Virus genome (UHGV): UHGV-0089399
From: a virus
Reading direction: 5' to 3' (one strand)
DNA length: 22,830 bases
Part shown: positions 16,526 through 22,830 of the stretch, piece by piece
Layout: each line of letters begins with the position of its first letter
How positions within the stretch are numbered: position 1 is the first letter of the stretch
The notes under the pieces: generated by a model
What the model was told of the DNA's origin: nothing
Seen by the model: the letters and a program-made list of their open reading frames with translations, nothing else
The model's database searches: none
Program-made: the position numbers and the translations under genes

Positions 16526-17070
16526 TATAATCCTCCGGGTAATCTGGTTCCTGCTGCTGACCCGATTGGCGCAGGGGTGCTTTGAGTAAACGGACTCCAC
16601 GTCCCACCAAACATCTGGTACGCACCGTATGCCTTCAGAGGCGCAGTGAGCAATGTTGTTGCTGCTCCCACATTCTCCTGTTTACGGGCTGAACTGGCTT
16701 CTGCTTTATAGTTGGCAGCCTGAACCTGATAACCGTAAGCCTCGCGTTGCGCGTTATTCACCGTCGTCAGCGAATCAAGAGCGCCAAACTGGGCAGTGTC
16801 GCCAAATATATCCAGCGCGTTACCTGTAGATAAATCAGCGCCGGTAGCCCCCATTGTCGCCGCCTGTGTACCAAGCCGCTGTCGGGTCTCTCTGCGCCGT
16901 TGCTCAGCTTCAGCGTTACCTCTGTTTATTGCATCATTTGCCTGAGCTGTGGCTATATCTGCGTTCGCTTCTGCAACCTTCGAGGTATACTTTCCCTGTT
17001 GGTACTGGGTGTATGCCTGAATGCCACTCATGGCGAGCATTGCGCCACCAGCAATAACCGGATCGCACAT
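16525..17070 (-). CDS. Internal virion protein A, gp14-like
   Basis: 181 aa starting MCDPVIAGGAMLAMSGIQA, resembling the T7 gp14 N-terminus (MCWAAAIPIAISGAQAI) as recalled. TAATG overlap with the upstream gene. Confidence 0.65.
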   Translation of the reverse strand: MCDPVIAGGAMLAMSGIQAYTQYQQGKYTSKVAEANADIATAQANDAINRGNAEAEQRRRETRQRLGTQAATMGATGADLSTGNALDIFGDTAQFGALDSLTTVNNAQREAYGYQVQAANYKAEASSARKQENVGAATTLLTAPLKAYGAYQMFGGTWSPFTQSTPAPIGSAAGTRLPGGL

Positions 17071-17534
17071 TATTTTCTCTCCATGTGAAATCTGTGGAAA
17101 TTAAGACCAAGAGCACCATAAGGCGCGGCTTCTTCAAGCCTGAATCCAAGCCAGTGCAGCCATGCTTTGGCAACATGGTTTCGCTCGTCGACATAGTTTT
17201 CCAGGCGCGGATAAACTGCCAGCATCTGCTGCAATACAGGGCGGCAGTGGCGAAGAAATGTCTTCTGATATTTTTCGATACGGCTGGTTCCGACCAGCCA
17301 GGGCGTACCATTGCCACCGATCATTGACGCCGGAGATACGCCAAACATGGTTACCAGTTCTCCGTTCGCAAATCCTGACCAGGACATAGTCGCAGTACGC
17401 AGACCAACACGCAGCGCATCTTCGGTAGTCATCAGTGATACCGCATACAGTTCGTCAATATCAGCCTGACGAACATCCGGCAAAATCATCTGAAGATGCT
17501 CTTCGGTTGCGGGAATAATTTGAACATCGATCAT
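17070..17534 (-). CDS. Hypothetical virion protein at the gp13 position
   Basis: 154 aa, sitting between the gp12-like and gp14-like genes with overlapping stop/start codons. Assigned by position only. Confidence 0.4.
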   Translation of the reverse strand: MIDVQIIPATEEHLQMILPDVRQADIDELYAVSLMTTEDALRVGLRTATMSWSGFANGELVTMFGVSPASMIGGNGTPWLVGTSRIEKYQKTFLRHCRPVLQQMLAVYPRLENYVDERNHVAKAWLHWLGFRLEEAAPYGALGLNFHRFHMERK

Positions 17535-20005
17535 CAGAATCCCCCAACAGTAAGGCGAGGAATAACTGCAAGAACAGACAGCGGCAACGGATCAAGCTGA
17601 CGGATTTTTACACGTCCGTTTTTGCCCCAGTTACTGTCCAGTTTCACTTCTACTTTTCCGGTAGCATCATCAACAGGATCATCGTAGAACTCGAATTCAC
17701 GCTGTGGATATTCGTACCATTTACCGCCGGGCGTAGTCGCCCAGATGCCGCGACTGGCATTCACAACCAGAGTAACGGACGGGATCACCTGTTTTTTGTC
17801 CAGCAGCGTTTCCTGTCCGTTAATGTTGATATCCAGTGTTTCGAATTCAGCAGTTATTGGCAGGCCGATGTGCACTACAGCCCCCGGAGATTCCAGCGTG
17901 ACGGCACCTCCGGAAACCACTTTCTGTGGTTCCACGTTCGCATCAGAGAGGATGTTTACGGTCTGGCCTTCAAGATGAGACAAGCCGCCAAATGTCCGGC
18001 GCGCCATCTGCCAGTTCGTGGTGGCCACATTCCTGAGGGATGGCGGGACGTTCCTGTTAGCACGAACCACTACAGCGGTATTGCTGGTTACAGAAATAAT
18101 GTCGCAACGTAATTCTTTTGACACTTCATCGCCAATATCAGGAACAGTTCCGGCATAAGGGAACTGTAGTTGCGCGCCGACATCACTACTGGTGAAGTAC
18201 GCACCACCAGAAATACTGATTGTATATTCCGCGCGGTAATCCCATTCACCAGAACCACCAGTGATGGTCATCGTTCTGTCAGACGTATTTCTTCCATCAT
18301 AGCTAAGGCCAGAATCAACAAAGAAAGCATCTTCATCGCTGGTAAATAAACGGCTGGACAGTCGCTCTATGTATCTCACTGTTTGCCCGTTAACGGTTCG
18401 GTTAACGACGAAATACACCGCATCTTCATTGCCTTCGCTGATACTGCATGTGCTTTCATATTTCCCGGTACTGGATTGTGGTGCCCATGCAAAAACCTGC
18501 TGATCACGCAAATAGGTCATCACCAGTAATTTACCGTCATCACGAATGCAGAAGGCGCTGGAGTAAGGGACAATCGAGAAGCACCAGTCAACAATGCTGT
18601 GCTTCTGAAAAAGATGATTGGCAAGGATGGTCAGGTCGTTCCCCTGATAGCCGTCAACATCGAATGAGTAGGCCAGATCACGGACAACACTGCCTTTCTC
18701 CTGGACGAACAGAGCAATATTCGCCACGGCAATTGGTGGGACATTGCTCGAGCCATTTGATCCCTGAGAGCTGAATGCAAATGATGATGGGGTTAACACT
18801 TTGTTCTGGTCGCCGGTGATGACGTACTCACCTCCGGAAGTCAGCGCCACCAGCGAACCAACATCAATCAGGTGACGGATCTCATTAACCTGACGCCCGG
18901 CATAGGTGTAGATAATTCTGTCGTCATCCTGCGTAGGATTGCTTTTGCCAAAATCCTTATAATCCCCGGTACGGCTGGCCCAGATAGTCTGAGGGAACGC
19001 AGTCGATGCGGCGAAGTAAAGACGTTGTTGATAATAAACAACAGTGCCAGGATAACCATTAACTCTGTTCCAGGCATATTTAGCCCATTTATAGCTGGCA
19101 TTATCCTCGCCAACGACCTGCGAAGGGATATAGGAAATCACCTGGGCAGTTGCAGTAGTGCCATTTGCAACAGTGATACGGGCAATGCCAAAACCACTGT
19201 GCAGATATTCCCACTCAATGCCAGTATCATCATCTCCGGATCCGCCCCAGCCATCCCATGATGTGCCTTCTGTATGCGAAGGGCGCAAAGTGCCTGTTTT
19301 ACCTGCCGTAACAGCACGATAGTAGTTACTGTCTGCACGGCGAATATCGCCAATCGACGTACTCTTACTGGTTTCCCATACCGGTACTGAATCCACTGCT
19401 GGCTGTTCCAGATAGAACAATTTGCCTACCTGTTCCGCGCCAAAAATAGAGGCGTTTGCCGTTAACGTAATTGTCCCGGTGCTGGCGCTGGCATAAACCG
19501 TCACTGACTCGTCAATATTGATATCTTCAAATGGCCCGTTCTTCGTTACCACATCAACCAGTTGCCAGTTGTCATGCGCATAGCGGCGCAACTCTTTCGG
19601 CGGGTATGCCGGGTGAACCAGCGTAAGCACGTCGGCGCTTTGCGTGAATTTAATTCGGAACAGATCGGCTTCAGTATATGGCGTGGCAATTTCATAAATA
19701 ACATTGCTGCTGTTCAGCACCAACGCACCATCTTTGATAACGCGCATGTACTGGTGTCCGAACTCCAGAGCATAGGTCTGAACCGTCGAGAACTGGAACG
19801 GGATCAGACGGCATTTCCGATTTGGGTATTTGGCGGCACCGACAAAACGCGTACCAGGTCGATTCTCAACGCCGCCATACTGCCGCACGATAAAATTATC
19901 GCACTTGCGCAATGCCACCTGGTACTTCGCCATGTCGATACGTCCGAACAACGACGGTCCAATCTCACCACCGGCAAAGCTGGGCTGGATCCAACTGATA
20001 GCCAT
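17534..20005 (-). CDS. Tail tubular protein B, gp12-like
   Basis: 823 aa (T7 gp12 is about 794 aa). N-terminus MAISWIQPSFAGGEIGP...ENRPGTRF resembles the gp12 N-terminal pattern. Immediately downstream of the gp11-like gene with overlapping codons. Confidence 0.65.
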   Translation of the reverse strand: MAISWIQPSFAGGEIGPSLFGRIDMAKYQVALRKCDNFIVRQYGGVENRPGTRFVGAAKYPNRKCRLIPFQFSTVQTYALEFGHQYMRVIKDGALVLNSSNVIYEIATPYTEADLFRIKFTQSADVLTLVHPAYPPKELRRYAHDNWQLVDVVTKNGPFEDINIDESVTVYASASTGTITLTANASIFGAEQVGKLFYLEQPAVDSVPVWETSKSTSIGDIRRADSNYYRAVTAGKTGTLRPSHTEGTSWDGWGGSGDDDTGIEWEYLHSGFGIARITVANGTTATAQVISYIPSQVVGEDNASYKWAKYAWNRVNGYPGTVVYYQQRLYFAASTAFPQTIWASRTGDYKDFGKSNPTQDDDRIIYTYAGRQVNEIRHLIDVGSLVALTSGGEYVITGDQNKVLTPSSFAFSSQGSNGSSNVPPIAVANIALFVQEKGSVVRDLAYSFDVDGYQGNDLTILANHLFQKHSIVDWCFSIVPYSSAFCIRDDGKLLVMTYLRDQQVFAWAPQSSTGKYESTCSISEGNEDAVYFVVNRTVNGQTVRYIERLSSRLFTSDEDAFFVDSGLSYDGRNTSDRTMTITGGSGEWDYRAEYTISISGGAYFTSSDVGAQLQFPYAGTVPDIGDEVSKELRCDIISVTSNTAVVVRANRNVPPSLRNVATTNWQMARRTFGGLSHLEGQTVNILSDANVEPQKVVSGGAVTLESPGAVVHIGLPITAEFETLDININGQETLLDKKQVIPSVTLVVNASRGIWATTPGGKWYEYPQREFEFYDDPVDDATGKVEVKLDSNWGKNGRVKIRQLDPLPLSVLAVIPRLTVGGF

Positions 20006-20613
20006 CAGGACAACCTCGCAATGGTAAACTCATCAACCGGTGGCTGTGGTTCCTGTGATTCATTCTGGCTATGCGAGCCAGCACTAAGAATCACGCGATT
20101 GTACATATTGAGGGCAAACGTACCGAGGTCTGCATTCCCAGTCAGCGCCATGTTAATAGCTGCCGCAAGACGCCAGGCCAACGCCTCCATAAAAATGGCA
20201 TCAAACATGTTCACATCTGTAACGCGAGAGACATACTTGAGCCATGCCTGAGGCTGGTCTGTGTAGATCAACTTTCCTGTTCCGTTGGTGTCTGCACCAA
20301 CTTCGTACTGAACGCGCATTGATGCTGTTGGATTGCGTACACCAGGAAGCATAATTTCAGTAATGCGCAGACAATCTGACGGGTACTGGTACGCATATTC
20401 CCAGTCAGGCGGTGGATTGCTCGTATCTGCAAGCGCCACGCGTTTGGTAGCAAAGTTCCAGTCAAAATCAGAAAGCACAGCATCACGGCAGGCCTCAAAG
20501 TGCAGCGAACATTCCCCCGCTTCCTTGCTGGCTTCCGTCAGGCTGTTAATGCTGCGGCTGTTGCCAATATTGGACAGCGCACGATTGCAGATCTCTACTA
20601 CAGAGGCCATCAC
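20005..20613 (-). CDS. Tail tubular protein A, gp11-like
   Basis: About 200 aa. N-terminus (ICNRALSNIGNSRSINSLTE) resembles T7 gp11 (VNDILASIGEPPVSTLE) as recalled. GGAGGTGA ribosome-binding site upstream. Size and order match the T7 tail module. Confidence 0.65.
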   Translation of the reverse strand: MMASVVEICNRALSNIGNSRSINSLTEASKEAGECSLHFEACRDAVLSDFDWNFATKRVALADTSNPPPDWEYAYQYPSDCLRITEIMLPGVRNPTASMRVQYEVGADTNGTGKLIYTDQPQAWLKYVSRVTDVNMFDAIFMEALAWRLAAAINMALTGNADLGTFALNMYNRVILSAGSHSQNESQEPQPPVDEFTIARLS

Positions 20614-20933
20614 TCACCTCCGTTACCGTACAGAGTTTCAGCCGCTGATTTTTCTACATCCCCGGAAACAGGAGCGATCGCCATATCAGTGATCTGCAGA
20701 TCGGCGCTGCGATTAACGCCATCGTCAGTTTCTCTGGCAGACAGGCCTCGAATAACAGCCTTTGCAGTTATCATCACTTCTGTTCCGACGCCCTGAGGTT
20801 GCGCCTTCAGCTTATTCAATGTGTCGTTATTCAGCGTGATGCACAGCCCCCACGGGTATTCATCGCGAGTTCTGGTTTCTCCGCTCTCATCCTGGTAGCT
20901 GTCAGTGCCGGTTTTGAGGTTTACGAGTTCCAT
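20610..20933 (-). CDS. Hypothetical protein (107 aa), translationally coupled to the gp11-like gene
   Basis: Start MELVNLK at 20933, preceded by a GGAG ribosome-binding site and a GC hairpin. Stop overlaps the gp11-like start. The track ORF extends further upstream into the ArdC gene end and is probably too long. Confidence 0.4.
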   Translation of the reverse strand: MELVNLKTGTDSYQDESGETRTRDEYPWGLCITLNNDTLNKLKAQPQGVGTEVMITAKAVIRGLSARETDDGVNRSADLQITDMAIAPVSGDVEKSAAETLYGNGGE

Positions 20934-20950
20934 ATACACTCCTGCAATAA

Positions 20951-20966
20951 AGGGGCCGAAGCCCCT
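20951..20966 (-). terminator. GC-rich hairpin (AGGGGC-ttcg-GCCCCT) at the 3' end of the ArdC-like gene
   Basis: Perfect 6-bp stem with a UUCG-type loop, followed on the minus strand by TTATTG. Overlaps the ArdC-like stop codon. Confidence 0.4.
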
Positions 20967-21960
20967 ACCCTGCAATGTCATCAGGTTGGGTGTCGCCGAA
21001 TAGCTGCGCATCGAGACGTTCGCCGATGAACCGCACGACCTGACGCACATCGCTCAGAACCGAGAAGATGAATGCAGGTTCCGCGCGGATCTTCTCCAGC
21101 CAGCCTTTCAAGTAGGCGACGTTCTCTGAACGGATGCCGCTCGAAATCCCGAGGCCGCAACCGGCCAGAGCTGCCGAAAATTCAGCGACCAGCTCCTCGC
21201 GGCCGTAAGCCTGACGCGACCGATCCTCGAAGTGCCGGTCCAGACGGTCGGCAGTACCCGTCGAATGGCTCATCTCGTGAAGAAGCGTGGAATAAAATGC
21301 CTCCAGATCGGAGAACTGCTCTTTGAGAGGCACGACGATAATATCGTCCGCCGGAGAGTAGGACGCCCGGTCGCCGACCTTCAGGCGGATCGGACAGACC
21401 CAGGATTGCGCCTCGAGCATACGCTCGAGAGTCGGATGCGCCGTGCCTGCGGGACGCCGGGGATGAGCCTGCCGGTCGAAGATCTGCTGCCAACGCTGCG
21501 GATACCGTTCGGCAAAGTCCGTTTGGTCGAGATTCAGTACCGGGTAAAAACGCAAGCTGAACCGCAGCACATACTCCTTGCGCTCGGATTCGGAAAGATT
21601 TTTGAAATCCTCTACCGAAAGATAGCGGGGTTTGCCTTCAACCGGAGTGGCGGCCAGGTAAAAGGGCTTCCAGAAAATCACCGGAAATTGTTTCGAGCCC
21701 TTGCGGACCTGCAAACCGAGTTCTTTGGCCTGCTTAAAGGTGACGAATACAGGGCTCTGGTAGCCCTTAACCTCCGTAAGCATAAGCAACGTCAGAATGT
21801 TCGCGCCGGTATAATTCCTCCCGGAGACAATGTTGTAGGGAAGAACGCCCTGTCCGAAGATCCACGGCTTCTGCCAGGATTCGGTCATGGACTCGATCTT
21901 GGCGATCATCAATTCTGCGAAATGCGAAGAGACTTTCTCGAGAACATCAGAATGTGACAT
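20965..21960 (-). CDS. ArdC-like antirestriction protein (ssDNA-binding N-domain plus zincin-like metalloprotease C-domain)
   Basis: 331 aa. C-terminal metalloprotease motif LLHEMSHSTGTADRLDR (HExxH followed by TG...RL.R), characteristic of the ArdC family. GC-rich coding sequence unlike the neighbouring phage genes. Confidence 0.7.
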   Translation of the reverse strand: MSHSDVLEKVSSHFAELMIAKIESMTESWQKPWIFGQGVLPYNIVSGRNYTGANILTLLMLTEVKGYQSPVFVTFKQAKELGLQVRKGSKQFPVIFWKPFYLAATPVEGKPRYLSVEDFKNLSESERKEYVLRFSLRFYPVLNLDQTDFAERYPQRWQQIFDRQAHPRRPAGTAHPTLERMLEAQSWVCPIRLKVGDRASYSPADDIIVVPLKEQFSDLEAFYSTLLHEMSHSTGTADRLDRHFEDRSRQAYGREELVAEFSAALAGCGLGISSGIRSENVAYLKGWLEKIRAEPAFIFSVLSDVRQVVRFIGERLDAQLFGDTQPDDIAG

Positions 21961-22421
21961 AACGTAAATGCAGACTTTATCCTCCTGCGCCGGAGTTCTA
22001 AACTGCCTGAAACGCTCAGAACAGCGATGCAGACTCAGCCGATCCGGGCGACTGCTTCAAAGGCAAGGACCCGGAAGGAAATATTTGCCGTCGAGACATC
22101 GACGGGCGCAGCGGACAAATATTTCCGAATCGGGCCAGGCGGCCAGCCTAACCAGGCTGGACGATCCTTGCCGCTGTCGAACGGATGTCGGCTAACTTTG
22201 CATCCATGTTGTGAGTGGAAATACCGCTCTCCCCCGGATGACGAGTTCGCTTGTCGATCGCGGTCGTCCGCGAGCTGAGCCCGGCGGCATAGTCGCCGGG
22301 AGCTGCAAGTTCAGGGGGCCCGAAGGTCGTGCGACAGGATCGGAGATCCGCACGGCGAGATAGCCGGTGGTCAACCGGCAACCGGCTATGGCCGGGTCCG
22401 ATGAATTTCTATGTGATGAAT

Positions 22422-22448
22422 CACAAAAAAAGAGGGGCTTAGCCCCTC
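22422..22448 (-). terminator. Rho-independent terminator
   Basis: Stem GAGGGGC-tta-GCCCCTC (22432-22448), followed on the minus strand by TTTTTTTGTG. Lies just downstream of the stop of the 22454-22825 ORF. Confidence 0.6.
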
Positions 22449-22453
22449 CTCCA

Positions 22454-22825
22454 TCATCCAATGATGTGGATTTCTCCGGAAATCCCGAGTTCACGAAGGT
22501 TGCGAAGCAGGCGGCCGAGATGTTTAGCCTCCTGCTCCTTCGCATTGGAACCAGGCGTATCGAGCCAGGTGTTGATGTCTGACTTGTAATTGTCGGTCCG
22601 TTCGACAAGATCATCGATAACATTCACCAGGTTGTCTAAATACACCTCCGGAACACGGTTCGTCTCGGTTCCGGAATCATCCAGAAGGCGGACTTCGAAA
22701 AGATCCAGACCCTCGTCGTAGAGCACAGCGACCCAGCCTTTGTGCTTGAAACCACTGACATGGAACCAAAGGCCCTCCATATCATCCCTACGATACGGAG
22801 CCCGTTTCTCCAAGCCCCACGACAT
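22454..22825 (-). CDS. Hypothetical acidic protein (123 aa as seen; may extend beyond the window edge)
   Basis: Open frame reaching the last codons of the window, ended by a clear terminator. No recognisable motif. GC-rich. Confidence 0.35.
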   Translation of the reverse strand: MSWGLEKRAPYRRDDMEGLWFHVSGFKHKGWVAVLYDEGLDLFEVRLLDDSGTETNRVPEVYLDNLVNVIDDLVERTDNYKSDINTWLDTPGSNAKEQEAKHLGRLLRNLRELGISGEIHIIG

Positions 22826-22830
22826 CTGAA

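Larger units (their letters stand above)
1856..22830. mobile_element. Prophage (temperate podovirus-like, T7-type tail/ejection module), right part continuing beyond the window
   Basis: Contiguous lysis cassette, tailspike, Bro-N antirepressor module and gp11-gp16-like structural genes. Begins directly after host genes and the guaA remnant. Base composition is visibly mosaic. Confidence 0.8.

Noticed and set aside
21968-22421. Several 70-140 aa ORFs on both strands in the GC-rich stretch upstream of the ArdC-like gene
   Set aside because: High GC content suppresses stop codons and generates spurious ORFs. None has a convincing ribosome-binding site and the products are Arg/Pro/Ser-rich. The region is treated as non-coding and structured instead.
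1-22830. CRISPR array or other regularly spaced direct repeats
   Set aside because: No repeat-spacer periodicity was seen anywhere in the window. The only recurring elements are the three short palindromes and the hairpin terminators.

Overview
The window starts with three host genes that match the Escherichia coli yfgG-yfgH-yfgI cluster (plus strand, 185-1760), followed by a bidirectional terminator and a short remnant of the guaA 3' end. From about 1.86 kb to the end of the window the DNA is prophage, extending beyond the window. Its parts, left to right, are: (1) a minus-strand lysis cassette with an i-spanin carrying an embedded o-spanin, a GH19-type endolysin and two holin-like membrane proteins; (2) a large tail fiber/tailspike with a T7 gp17-like N-terminal anchor and an SGNH/GDSL esterase-like domain; (3) a plus-strand, AT-rich accessory cluster (6.6-9.2 kb) with a near-consensus LexA box, a small ORF, a Bro-N antirepressor-like gene, a translationally coupled pair of unknown genes and a small secreted peptide; (4) a minus-strand T7-like tail and ejection module (gp11, gp12, gp13, gp14, gp15 and a split gp16 by size, order and N-terminal resemblance); (5) a GC-rich segment with an ArdC-like antirestriction/zincin gene. 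The most interesting candidates for new biology are the unknown two-gene cassette at 8141-8966, the SOS-controlled antirepressor module with a repeated TTACC-N5-GGTAA palindrome, and the GC-rich ArdC island. All calls come from reading the sequence and ORF translations by eye; no database search was run, and family names are from memory of motifs.
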